Under the pieces are notes generated by a model. The model searched no databases. It worked only from the letters and a program-made list of their open reading frames with translations, and had not been told where the DNA came from. A stretch of 64,000 nucleotides of DNA from Antedon mediterranea (taxonomy: Eukaryota > Animalia > Echinodermata): assembly GCF_964355755.1 (NCBI RefSeq), contig NC_092676.1:2733788-2797787 (forward strand), in the 5' to 3' direction. A program made the translations under genes and the position numbers. Below are positions 13,989 to 26,315 of the stretch, one piece after another; the first letter of the stretch is position 1, and every line of letters begins with the position of its first letter.

Positions 13989-14319
13989 GTATCGTACACT
14001 TGTTGAAACAGGAACATATTTTAAATAATTATTGCATCATCCATCGCATACAGTACCTCTATGCATCATTTAACATGAGAGCATTAATTAGGTCTATTTA
14101 TAAACATATTGCATGTTTAGTGAACCGTGACGACCAAAGGTTTATTGATATTCAATACCATCGAATAAAGATATTTTCCTCTCAATGCAATTTAGGCTCT
14201 CATGGTGTAATGAAATACTTCTCATCCATCCACCAAAGCACGCCCTCTTTCCAAAAATAATCACTAACGTGCTCCCACTTGATGATCAACAACTTCACTC
14301 GTATCCTGCATCCATTATA

Positions 14320-14652
14320 ACCCACCCACATTTAGCAAAAATAAACCCCAACAACACCCACATTTATTCCCAATATACCCCCACCCACCCACATTTATTC
14401 CCAATATATCCCACCCACCCACATTTATTCCCAATATACCCCCACCCACCCACATTTATTCACAATATATCCCACCTATCCACATTTATTCCCAATATAC
14501 CCCACCCACCCACATTTATTCCCAATATATCCCCACCCACCCACATTTATTCCCAATATATCCCCACCCACCCACATTTATTCCCAATATACCCCCACAC
14601 CCACATTTATTCACAATATACCCCACCTATCCACATTTATTCCCAATATACC
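14320..14652. repeat. ~30-bp C-rich minisatellite in BCAT intron 2
   Basis: About 10 units of CCCACATTTATTCCCAATATA(C/T)CCCACC. Confidence 0.9.
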
Positions 14653-14747
14653 TGATCTGTACACATCTCATACACATACCCAATTTCCATTAAATTAAAC
14701 CAATTTCAATCTTTTTTTGGCTTTCTTTATTTTACTCTTTTTTTTAG

Positions 14748-14951
14748 GCTGCTGATCTTCAAATTAAATATTCTAATAACATCACAGAAAAAAAACCAGA
14801 CTCGGACACGCTTCTATTTGGCCATACGTTTACTGACCATATGCTGACCATTGAATGGTCAAAGAATGCCGGATGGCAAGCCCCGTGCATTCAACCGTTT
14901 GGAAACCTCTCCATGCATCCAGCTTGTTCAGTATTTCACTACGGACTCGAG
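14748..14951 (+). CDS. BCAT: BCAT exon 3
   Basis: AADLQIKY...LLFGHTFTDHMLTIEWS..GWQAPCIQPFGNLSMHPACSVFHYGLE; AG/GT ends; 204 nt. Confidence 0.96.
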
Positions 14952-15319
14952 GTGAGGCATGCTGGAATAACCCAGGATGAAAATTTAAACTTCGTTCGGA
15001 TAAGCAGATTGTTTGTTTTTTTACATTTTTGTTTGTAATTACAAATTTTTCAATATCAAAGATTCCTCAAAATTGTCAACAAAATGAATTATAAACTTTT
15101 TATATATAAGTTTGTTTTTAATTATTCGCTATGTGTAAAATGGTGGTGCCTCTCCCTATAAATTATTAATGATTCACTATGGTTTCTGAAATCTAAGAGC
15201 TGCCCCTTGTGGACAATTTATTTCAATTTTTTAAAGTATATGAAGGACAAAAGTACATTAAGTTTCCATCATTAATATTCTGTTTAGCACATTACATTAT
15301 AAGAACACATAGACATACA

Positions 15320-15585
15320 TTTGCTGACCGGTCACTCTCTTGCACAGCTCCATCCTTTGCTGACCGGTCACTGTCTCTTGCACAGCTCCATCCTTTGCTG
15401 ACCGGTCACTGTCTCTTGCACAGCTCCATCCTTTGCTGACCGGTCACTGTCTCTTGCACAGCTCCATCCTTTGCTGACCGGTCACTTTCTCTTGCACAGC
15501 TCCATCCTTTGCTGACCGGTCACTTTCTCTTGCACAGCTCCATCCTTTGCTGACCGGTCACTGTCTCTTGCACAGCTCCATCTTT
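15320..15585. repeat. 38-bp minisatellite in BCAT intron 3
   Basis: About 7 units of TTTGCTGACCGGTCACTGTCTCTTGCACAGCTCCATCC. Confidence 0.93.
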
Positions 15586-15857
15586 ATTGAATACTCTTCC
15601 ACAATCAATCAAGAATGGCAATTCTATTGACATCTTCAAACAATTGCTGAAAACCCATCTCTTTAGCATAGCATATGAAATGACATAATTTCCACCTTGT
15701 TTCGAGCCTTGTGGTCGTAGCGCTTTAGAGAAAATTTATTTTGGTTAAGCGCTATACAAAAGACAATTATTATTATTAAATCCATAAATATCTCTCTTAT
15801 TTTATAACCATAATCATTTTTATTATTTTTTCCTTCGGATCATCCTTATATTTTTAG

Positions 15858-15968
15858 TTATTTGAGGGTATGAAGGCATATGCCGGTGTAGACGACAAGG
15901 TCCGGATGTTTCGTCCGTGGGACAACATGACTCGAATGAAGTATAGTGCCAATAAAGTTTCTCTTCCA
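15858..15968 (+). CDS. BCAT: BCAT exon 4
   Basis: [37 protein letters not shown]; FEGMKA motif; 111 nt. Confidence 0.96.
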
Positions 15969-16744
15969 GTGAGTATTTTAAAATTAAACAAAATTTGTAA
16001 TCCGTTTTTATAATTTTATTTAACATATTTTAATTTTGACTATAAAATAATAATAATCTGTTTATCACTGACCAGTCTTATGTTTCATTTGCATTTCATC
16101 TGCAAATTGTTTATCTCCCTTTTGTATATACGAACCCGGGACAAAGCAACTTTGATATTCTATTTTATTACCTATTAATTTTCTGTAGTAATTTAAATAT
16201 GTCAGAGGTCAACTAGTGTATTAATACTAGAGGTCAACACTGTCATGATATAACAAAAGTTTATTAGTTTAACCAAGGCATGCTATAAATAACTGAGGAG
16301 CATTCAGGGTTTAAAAATGGAAAGATATTTTGTTTTCGACGACGACCAACACATCAAGTTTAGTTAGGCTCTCGCTAAATGCATTTTCATAATCGGTGCC
16401 AAGTTTTTGGTTTCACCTTCCTACAATACCGTCTTTGCGTGCGTATGTAAAGATTTCTAATGGCCATCGTGTCTTCAGCATCTGTTAAACAATTTATTGT
16501 GTAACATAGTGCAGTCAACTAGGCCACTGTCCTGACACACAAAGGAAATTAGGGTTAGAATCAGGAAGCTAATTACTGACAGGTGCTGCTTAAACAATTA
16601 TTAGTTTCAACCATTTTGAGAAGATCCATACTTAGAAAACGAAAGTTATAATTAGCATTTCATAATTACGATCAATTGTTTTTTTTATTGTACTCTACTT
16701 TATTGAAATGTATTTGTACAGTGGTAGAAAAAGAAAGCAGTGTT

Positions 16745-17295
16745 TAACTCAGTTAAACTGGTTAGTTTGTTAACTGGTTAGTTTTTTGTAAAACTGGTTA
16801 GTTTGTCAACTATTTTTTTGAACTGGTTAGTTTATTAAACTGGTTAGTTTTTGTTAAACTAGTTAAAGTTTGTTAAACTGACTAGTTGGTTAAACTGACT
16901 ATTTGGTTAAACTGGAAAGTGTGCTAAACTGATCAGTTTGTTAAACTGGTTAGTTTGTTCAACTGGTTAGTTTGTTAAACTGGTTAGTTTGTTAAACTGG
17001 TTAGTTTGTTAAACTGGTTAGTTTGTTAAACTGGTTAGTTTGTTAAACTGGTTAGTTTGTTAAACTGGTCAGTTTGTCGAACTGGTTAGTTTGTTAAACT
17101 GGTCAGTTTGTCGAACTGGTTAGTTTGTTAAACTGGTTAGTTGTTAAACTGGTTAGTTTGTTAAACTGACTAGTGTATTAAACTGTTTAGTTTCTAAAAC
17201 TGTATTTTCTTAAAATCCATTTCAGGTCCATTTTAAACTGGTTAATTTATTGAACTGATTAGTTTGTTAAACTGTAGTTTCTTAAACTGGTTTTA
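16745..17295. repeat. 17-bp minisatellite
   Basis: AAACTGGTTAGTTTGTT units with degenerate edges. Confidence 0.92.
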
Positions 17296-18207
17296 GTAAG
17301 GAACTCAGGATTGAACCATGGACCATGGATTGAAAAACAAGCTACAGCTCCACTACAGACTACAATTAATGATGAAAATAAATTTCTGATCGGCACAGTT
17401 AAATATTACGCCCATGGGGTATGTTTGCCAATCCACCAGCGTCCTATGTTAACCCAAATGTTCATACTTGATCTATCTTATGGAGACATTCACTTAAAAA
17501 TAAATGACACATATACTCAAGGGTCGCAGTCTGGATACCCAAGGACCTAATATCACATATCATATACTATATCATTATAACATTCAACCACTAATGTTAT
17601 AGCGAACTCTATTACTATGGCCTAATTAATTAATAGTGACATGTTATTATGGTTGTGAAGTTTGCTTTGAAATGTTATCGAATGTGTTAAGACGATAATA
17701 GTTATGAGAATGACAATGTAGTAATTGGATTGTTTGTAACCGCAAGGCGCCAAGCAGCTTCTAGATCGGTGGATGCTCTTCCTTAACGCTAATAGGATAT
17801 GAACGCTGTGAACGTGTATGTTTCAGTTGAAAGAGAGGTTACACCTGCTAACATAGGATTCAGTCAATTGAACAACAATAAGAGGAATTTGGCAGGTGGG
17901 GTGAGAAAATAATTGAACACTAAACAGAGATAACAGAATGTGGATATCATTCATCCTAATTTCTTCTACCCCTGAAGGGTGTATTTATCGCCCTCTACCA
18001 CCCACAGACTCGCCCACTTGACCCACAAAGAATGTCAGTCTGAAATAGCAGGTTCTTATAAATCTTGACGCACTTACTTTTGTAGAATACTGTATTTATT
18101 TATTTATTTCATACGCACCCAACAGCGAGTAACTCACCAATTGCAGGATGGATAAACTATTTTAGAAATTGTCGTGCTTATAAACTAAGTTCCATTTGAG
18201 GCTAAGG

Positions 18208-18320
18208 GAGTGGAGTTGAAAGAGTTGTGAGTTACAACTGTGGCACTAGGTCAGGATTGAACCTTGGACCTTGGGATTGGAAGGCAAGCATGTTAACCAC
18301 CAAGCTACAACTCCACTACC
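18208..18320 (-). mobile_element. tRNA-like short element bounded by GAGTGGAGTTG/CAACTCCAC inverted repeats
   Basis: A-box and B-box on minus strand; homologous to 38949-39069. Confidence 0.6.
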
Positions 18321-18674
18321 ACCACAAAGCTACAGCTGCACTACAAGATACAGCTCCACTTTTATTCTTAAAATCACCATTTATTATGAAGTTTAAAGTA
18401 AGAAGCTGGATGTATTCATTTCGTAGTTAAAACTTTGCTAATGGAGCACGGTTGTCACATCTGTTTCCATTCAGTTTTACTGGTCCGTCTTTAGTTTTAA
18501 TGTCTGTCTACTCCTAATATTGTTTACTTACATCCAAAGTTGGCCATTTTAATGTTTCAATTTTGGCACAAAAAAAAAATACAATACCAAAAAAAAAAAA
18601 AACAAATTCGCAGAGGAAAAATCCTGTTCCAATCTGGCAAGTAAGATTTAAAAATTGATTTTTATGAATATTAA

Positions 18675-18929
18675 AGATGTATTGTCCCCCTCAAAAAAGA
18701 ATTCTTTTTCATTTTTTTTTTAATATGCCATTTTAATGTCACATAATAATTATCCACTTTTACCGAAAACTGGATCTGAAAAAAAATGATTTACCTGGAA
18801 AAAATGTAATTTATTTTGGTTTTTTTCTATGTAAGGAAGTGATTAACTTTATCAAAACTACAAAATAACCTATTCAAAGTCTGATTTAATTAATCTTCAT
18901 TTTTCATGTTTTTAGAGGACAATACATCT
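18675..18929. mobile_element. MITE family C (AGATGTATTGTCC TIR, TTAA flanks), Kolobok-like
   Basis: TTAA|AGATGTATTGTCC...GGACAATACATCT|TTAA. Confidence 0.82.
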
Positions 18930-19599
18930 TTAACCAAACAAAAAATAAATTATTTGATATTATTTTTATCGTTTGTTTTTATGAAAAATTTGTGTCTTTT
19001 TACTGTATTCAAATGTGTTTTATTAGAAAATTTAGATAAAATGTATGAAATTTAAAATTGATTAATGATTTTATCTGTGATCAACATCTGTGATTAAACG
19101 TATTAAACTTCAGCCATACCAACAAATCTTTTTTTATAATAAAATTGATTATTATTACTAAAATTGTTATGAAACAACAGGATATATTTACTTTCTTGAT
19201 AGAGATTAAAAGTTTGATATCCCTATAAATCAAGTGATAGTTTCCTGTGTACAATTTAAACGGCGACATATACACGACCATAGCATATATTCTAACCTTT
19301 TATCAGATGATAATGAATTATATTTGTCATCGGTACAATAATTTACTACGGGCTTCGTGAGCTTTGGAAGGTCGTTGAGTGAAGGAGGACGTGTTGATTG
19401 CGAGGAAGTATTACAGGCTGATGTTAGCTGTCGTTTGATGATTTCAACGGGACATGTGGCCTGCTGGTGTAATCCTGCTTAATTCATGCAGTAGGTTGTC
19501 TTACCTCGCATGTTACAATAGAAAATATCGTTATCAGTACCGTACCGCCTTTTTTTGGTTGAATTGAATTTTTGCTAAAGTCAATACCAAAAACCCTAA

Positions 19600-19768
19600 A
19601 GGCCAATTTACACAGACAAGCAACAGTAAGCGGAAACCGTGTTGCTTGTCCAACGGTAGAATCAGTATCTATCCTGAGCGGAAACCGCCCGTCCACTCAT
19701 GTTCATTAGGAATAACATAAATTCTATAATTGTTATTACCGTTACCGCTCGTATGTGTAAATTGGCCT
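19600..19768. mobile_element. MITE family D (AGGCCAATTTACACA TIR), Harbinger-like
   Basis: 15-bp perfect TIR, TAA/TTA flanks; related fragments at ~37300-37350 and ~43140-43185. Confidence 0.75.
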
Positions 19769-21184
19769 TTAGGCTTGTCTGATATGTGGTTTTCTGGAAA
19801 GTCTGGTATTCCAAATGTCTTTTTAATGGTAAAGATTTGTTGACCTGTTGGACCTTTAGAGTCCAGTATTGTGACGCTAAGGTTATATTAGACTACATCA
19901 TCAGAAGATACAAATTGACCCTTGGTCCATTCACTACCCACTAGACTGAGTTATCTAAATACATGTACGTCTTCAATGCAAAACAGTAATGTTTTTTTAT
20001 GAATTATTTAACAATAATATAGTCTAAAGGGAGCCCTTTTAATGTCAAGATTATTTTACCTAAAGTTGTAAAAATCGGATAAATTAATTTATTAATCCAA
20101 GATGCTGTTTAAATCAAAATATAACTTGTTACAATAATTTTTTATTAGTATAATAAAATCCTAGACAACGATACTGTCTGATTTTTGTCGACATCGTTAA
20201 AGTGAAACACAAAAAAGAAATTGTAGAAGAACCAGATATTTAAATGTCACCGAATGTCATGCACATGGCGGAGTAATCACGTACTGTCACAATGTAAATG
20301 ATGCGTATCTTGTGTGTAATTTTTGTGTTTGTCTGATAAGATTGTTTTCGACTGGAAAATGTGCAGATTAGTCGTTTGGATTAAGGTGACGGCTTGTCTC
20401 AGAAACATTGGTTATTTTTATAACATGACCACAAATTCAAACAATTTCTTTAAGCTTCCAATTTACAAAAGTGAAACATTGTGGACGTACGACTCGCCAG
20501 CATGGCTCCGCGCTACTCCCAGTAGGTAAACACAGTAAGTCATCTTAAGCCCTCGGGGGAATAGGTACTGCCTGCCCCTCTTAATGAACCGCGACTAAAC
20601 CAGCTGAATCGTAGGCGGGATATCCACATTGTTGAATCAATGACAATTGCCTTACGTGACCGAACGAGTGGTATTACTGAATCATACCGCGGGCGGTTGC
20701 TACACTCGCGTTCAGCCAGAGTTCATGATCTTGGCGCGCTTCCAATTCAATGTTTCTATTTTGAGCAGCTTCACTGAATGGTTAATTTTGATCAGGTGAC
20801 TCACAATTTGTGAATGGGTTGACTTCATCAGGTTGCATTATGCTAATGAGGGTCAGGGTCAGAATGAGTTGCGTGACGTGGATAAGAATCTTGGGAAAAA
20901 ATGTTAATGATTTTCAAGACACCTTTTGATTTACTAAGTCTTATGTCATTCTTGAAGGTCGGCCACATTAAAGCTGCATTATGTATTTCTTTGAATAATG
21001 CTTGGCACATAAAATTAAATGTTATTTTTTGTCATTCTTTAAATCATCATTATTATTAAAGGGACGCATTCAGAACCTAACAAAGTTGTTCCCTGAATAA
21101 GGCCTGTCCATAGTGTAAAAAAATATTTCCCCTCATTTGTGTACAAGAAAAGTGTCCCCTGAATAGAGGTGCCTTACTATTTAT

Positions 21185-21356
21185 CAAGCAGGGCATTTGT
21201 TAAAAATAAGGCATTTGTCCCAAATAAGGCATTTGTCCCAAATAAGGAATTTGTCCCAAATAAGGCATTTGTCCCAAATATGGGATTTGTCCAAAATTTG
21301 GGATTTGTCCAAAATAAGTGATTTGTCCCAAATAAGGGACTTGTCCCAAATAAGGG
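21185..21356. repeat. 18-bp minisatellite
   Basis: About 9 units of GCATTTGTCCCAAATAAG. Confidence 0.88.
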
Positions 21357-21943
21357 CTGTACTGTATAAATTAAAAACGACCAATTATATGATATTAATT
21401 CAAACAAATTCTGAAACAAATGTCATACACAAAAACGACATGTTTTTATATTGTTTTGATGTTTTTTCTTTTATAATTTATGCTTTCTCTTTATGCTAAT
21501 TTCCTCATTATAATCAAAACATCCTCTATCATAAATGTCCCATATCGCTATCATAAGCCCTTGCAACAAATTCATTGTATTTTTAATTATTTAACAATTA
21601 TTAAATTTAAAAATTGACAGTTTGTTTCCTTTTTTTTAAATTTTACTTTATTTTTGTAAATTACATTATTTTTCATATTTCTTGAGAATTATAATTAATT
21701 AGCATTAAACACATTAGTAGTACATCACAGTTAATTTCTGATTTATGCCACCTCAAATCCCCTCCCCCATTTTGTCATATTTTTCCATAAAATTGTGTAA
21801 AAGTGTATAGGCATGGAACAAATAGTAGTGTAGATTTTTAATTTGATATTCGTAAATAGATTTATTTTAAATAATAAAAAAAAAAATACTACCAAGCAAA
21901 AGTTATGGTTGTGTTTGGAACTTTTTTACATTTTTTTTTCTAG

Positions 21944-22063
21944 GATTTTGATGGAGATGAGCTAGTGAGGTGCATTGCTCAACTTATTCGTGTCGACCGT
22001 GACTGGGTTCCTAAGACCAAACCGTGCTCATTATATATTCGACCAACTTTTATAAGTACAGAG
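21944..22063 (+). CDS. BCAT: BCAT exon 5
   Basis: DFDGDELVRCIAQLIRVDRDWVP...SLYIRPTFISTE; YIRP motif; 120 nt. Confidence 0.96.
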
Positions 22064-22150
22064 GTAAGTTTTAAATTTGGCTTACCAGTAAATACTGTAT
22101 TCCTTATGTTTATTCATATATTTTCGTCTATTTTAATTTATGTACAACGG

Positions 22151-22392
22151 AGTTGTTGATAGCCGAGTGGTTAGGACACTTGACTGTCATACAGATAGAC
22201 CCGGGTTCAATTCCCAACAACTCCCAGTCCACTCAGCTGTAAATGAGTACCTGGTTGAAAATACTAGGGAGAAAAAAGGCGGCGTGGAAAGGAACTGGCC
22301 ACCCTACCACATAATGCCGAGGCTTAGTACAATGAGCTCCTAACAGCTCATTCCCCTACGTTCAGAGAACACGGGACTCACCTTTACCTTTA
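22151..22392 (+). mobile_element. tRNA-derived SINE with Deu/Nin-like central domain
   Basis: A-box TAGCCGAGTGG, B-box GGTTCAATTCC, CCACTCAGCTGTAAATGAGTACC...AACTGGCCACCCTACC core, CCTTTA tail. Confidence 0.75.
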
Positions 22393-24585
22393 CAGCGCAT
22401 TGAAAGCTTGCTTATATGCGCTATATAAGAATGAACTATTATTTTTTTTTGTTTTTTTGTTTTTTTGACCATATTTAATGAGGGTGATCCATCCAGCAAT
22501 TGCTGATCATAGGTTCACAAGACAAACATATACACAAGATGCTCTACATAAACAAAGTCTTATTACAAGTCTTTGGGAGTGTAATGGTAATTTTGTCCTT
22601 AGAAAAAATCCTAACATGTGACAATGCTTAATTGTACACAATGGATTAGTCTTTATATAATTATATATTGTATTGAAATTTATTACCGTTACGTGTTATA
22701 TTTTTACTGTATTGTGTGTGCAATTTTAGCATCAAGGAAAACAAATTTTATGTTCGCCTTGTTGTGGTCATGACAATAAAGTTTTATCTTATTATAGACA
22801 AATTACAAGGATGAATACAAAATAATAACATCATACATTTTGGTTCTTTAATATAATTAAACAAACTTGGCCCCTTCTGATGATACAAAGTTCTGTATTC
22901 AGGCCAATAGTTTCTGAAAGATCACAATAAATTACAAAATATCAACTGCTAACCCAATTTCTGTACCCTTACATTCCTTACATCTGACAATGATTTTCAC
23001 TTTGTTATAAAAGACTTCATATTGGATCTGTTGATAGCGCTAAGTTCATGATATAGCGTGGTAATTGGTCTAATTTATCAACTTTACTGTTAATTGATGT
23101 TTAATTGAGTATGATTTGATTGGATTTATTCAGTTCTACGCTGACAAGAGTAATTAATGTAACATAATTCAATAAAAAATAAATAAATGTAACATTTCAA
23201 ATGCATGAAGCAGAAACAAAGTTTTCATAATGTCTTGAAATTTCAGCTGATTCTGAAATACTGTATCTATAATTTGTGCAATATCATAGGCAAATGCTGT
23301 AATACACTGACACATCGATCGCATGTGATTCTGTATCATACAGTATGCCATAACCCTAATCCAACCTAACTAAAATATATTGTATGTACTATTAATAAAA
23401 GAAGGTACCTAACAAATGCAAAGAAAAAAACATAATAAACAATTTATTAATTTATTTCCCTTCTGTATGACATTTGTCAATAACCTGTCTTTTCCCCATT
23501 AATTAAACAATTACTTTATTTTAGCTTTTATTTTAATAGTATCCTAAGTAATTTCAGTTAGGATGTCTGTTTCCTACGAACCAAGATATTATTAGATCTA
23601 CCATATGAGTCGCTGCTTACTAAAAATACAATGTACATGACCATGCCTGAGAGAAGAGCCTAGAGGGAGCCCTTTCAATGTCAAGACTATTTGCCTCAAA
23701 GCGTGTCTGCGTAATTCTGTTTGTTCTAATCATTACATGTGGCATGTATTGAGATCAACTACTGGACAGATATAGGTGTCTTTATCTCTCTGCTTAAAAG
23801 AAGTCTGTCTGTGTTTTCCAATTATCGTAATGAATTGTTTTTCCTGTGATTCAAAAGCTCTTATTGATGTTTGCTAGAAGATTGCGATATTGTCAGTTAA
23901 GATTTTGGACTAAGGTGGAGACCGTTAATAGCAATTGTTTCCAGCGAAGCGTATCGCTCGTTACATCCCAATTAACCATTGTGGAGGAGCGCATCCTCGG
24001 GGATTTAATGACATATTTCCAGCCGGAACAAAACTTGGCATTGGTGACAAGATTCAAAAGAATTGTTTTCAATGTTTTTGAAGATCAATTGTTATGATGG
24101 TAGAGGGCGGCATTACAAAGTACATATTATAAACAAAATTATTCTTATTCTAAATTTACCCTTCATTGAAATTTAGATCATTTTTTTCATTATTCCTTCA
24201 ATAACTTAAACAACATGCCTAACCCTCCTGTTGGTTTGGGTTTGAAAATAAAATAAAAATAAAATAAAACCATTAAAGTACAGTAATTTATTGCACATGG
24301 TCAGATGTTTGTCCTACTCTGACGTAATTTGTACTTTTGTACTGCTAAATGCATTTGAGAAAAGTTACAAGTAATTCTCTCAAACCTACAACCTCCGGAT
24401 CACTTTCCTGGTAATCATACTGTACCTCTAGACCACCGAGCTTGCGTTGATGGTTAGAGTTGAATTCAAGCAATGGAAGCAATGGGTACTGCACCAACAG
24501 GTGGATGTAGTTGTAATTTATAAATCAGTTATACAATTTCAATAATGATTAAATATATATTATAATGTAATGTTTATTTTTGTAG

Positions 24586-24749
24586 CCCACGATAGGCGTG
24601 TCTGTGCCAGGTAAGGCGTTACTGTACGTCATCATGTGCCCTGTTGGTCCATACTTCAGAACTGGTTCCTTCAATCCAGTATCCTTATATGCCGATCCCA
24701 AGAATGTCAGAGCGTGGAAAGGGGGCGCTGGTGACTCCAAAGTTGGAGG
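24586..24749 (+). CDS. BCAT: BCAT exon 6 (PLP-binding lysine)
   Basis: PTIGVS...MCPVGPYF...[14 protein letters not shown]; catalytic K codon at 24739-24741; ends phase 2. Confidence 0.96.
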
Positions 24750-25447
24750 GTACGCTTTTACTTTTATTAGAGATAATTTTATTTTTTTTAAATGCTTGGG
24801 AATGGGAAGGTATTCTTTTGTTTTGCACATTTGGAATATGTTGGATTTATAGAGGGCGCTATAGTAAAGCTCATTTGCATATTAACACCTGTCCAAAATA
24901 TCCAATGCTGTTATTTTATCTTATCTTCATGTGTTTTGTATCGCACTCTAAATCAACATTTTCTGATAGATTTTAAATACTGTTATGAAGAAATCGACAG
25001 AAACTAAAATAAAGTGTATTACCCCACGAAAGAGAAAAACAAAATATTTGTAACGTAACAGCTTGTCGCTACTGTCAAATTGTTGAATTATCAAATGGTT
25101 CAATAAGATCATCTTTTTTTAACCCAGAATTTAACGCTCATCAAATTTTTGATTTAGCTAACATTAAAAACAAATGGCTTACGAGACGTACTCATTTGTG
25201 GAGACAAATCAGAATTATTAAAGTTCATTTTATATAGTCTAGATTATTTCCTGTTTTAAAAGTAGGATACCAAGTTGAGATTGGACAGTATTCATATATA
25301 TTGACCCAAATATAGAAATCATACCATATATGGGCATGCATAGTTATTTTTCTTTGGGCAGATTATCATGAGATCTATGTTTTTAATTATAATAAAGTTT
25401 AAATAAAAAAAAAAATGATTGACTGTAATTTAGAAGTAACATTTAGA

Positions 25448-25887
25448 TACAGAAGAACCCCTATGAATGGTCACCTACTAGACACGGCTAAGTGTCCCCT
25501 TAATAGAGGTGTCCCTGAAACAGGGGTTGGTACTAGACACGGCTAAGTGTCCCCTTAATAGAGGTGTCCCTGAAACAGGGGTTGGTACTAGACACGGCTA
25601 AGTGTCCCCTTAATAGAGGTGTCCCTGAAACAGGGGTTGGTACTAGACACGGCTAAGTGTCCCCTTAATAGAGGTGTCCCTGAAACAGGGGTTGGTACTA
25701 GACACGGCTAAGTGTCCCCTTAATAGAGGTGTCCCTGAAACAGGGATTGGTACTAGACACGGCTAAGTGTCCCCTTAATAGAGGTGTCCCTGAAACAGGG
25801 GTTAGTTTTAGTATTAAAACATATTGCATCTTGTTCACGGAAAAGTGTCCCCTTAATAGAGGTGTTCTTTGGAAGAGTTCTAATGTA
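25448..25887. repeat. 55-bp tandem array inside a Tc1/pogo-like MITE
   Basis: About 6 units of TACTAGACACGGCTAAGTGTCCCCTTAATAGAGGTGTCCCTGAAACAGGGGTTGG between TACAGAAGAAC and GTTCTAATGTA. Confidence 0.85.
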
Positions 25888-25950
25888 AAGTATTACAGTA
25901 TTACAAATGCGTATCATCAGATGAATTTTTTAATAATTATTTGGATGTAG

Positions 25951-26093
25951 GAATTATGGTCCAACAATCAAACCTCAACTGGATGCAGAGAAGCTAGGCT
26001 GCCAACAGATACTGTGGCTGTATGGTAATGAGGACTATGTCACAGAAGTTGGTACCATGAACCTCATGATGATGTGGCATAATGATGATGGAG
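25951..26093 (+). CDS. BCAT: BCAT exon 7
   Basis: (G)NYGPTI...GCQQILWLYG..VTEVGTMNL; phase 2 to 1. Confidence 0.96.
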
Positions 26094-26229
26094 GTTGGTA
26101 TATTTATTATCAATTCATTCTTTATATCTTTCCACACACAGGATGTTTTAATCATCTTTCTCAGCATTTGCGTTTAAACTTATTAATTTTATATTCCATA
26201 AAATATCAAATGTTTTTGTTTGGTTGCAG

Positions 26230-26315
26230 ATCTAGAGTTGATTACCCCGCCATTAGATGGCACAATATTACCAGGAGTGACCAGGAAAGCTCTGTTGGAA
26301 CTAGCTCGTGGTTGG
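26230..26315 (+). CDS. BCAT: BCAT exon 8
   Basis: (D)[28 protein letters not shown]; ILPGVTR motif; phase 1 to 0. Confidence 0.96.

Noticed and set aside
14185-14655. 156-aa Pro/His-rich ORF
   Set aside because: Read-through of the C-rich minisatellite in BCAT intron 2.
22151-22225. Genuine tRNA genes here or at 24380-24445, 30475-30535, 38960-39020
   Set aside because: A and B boxes are present but I could not fold a complete cloverleaf; contexts are repeat-derived.
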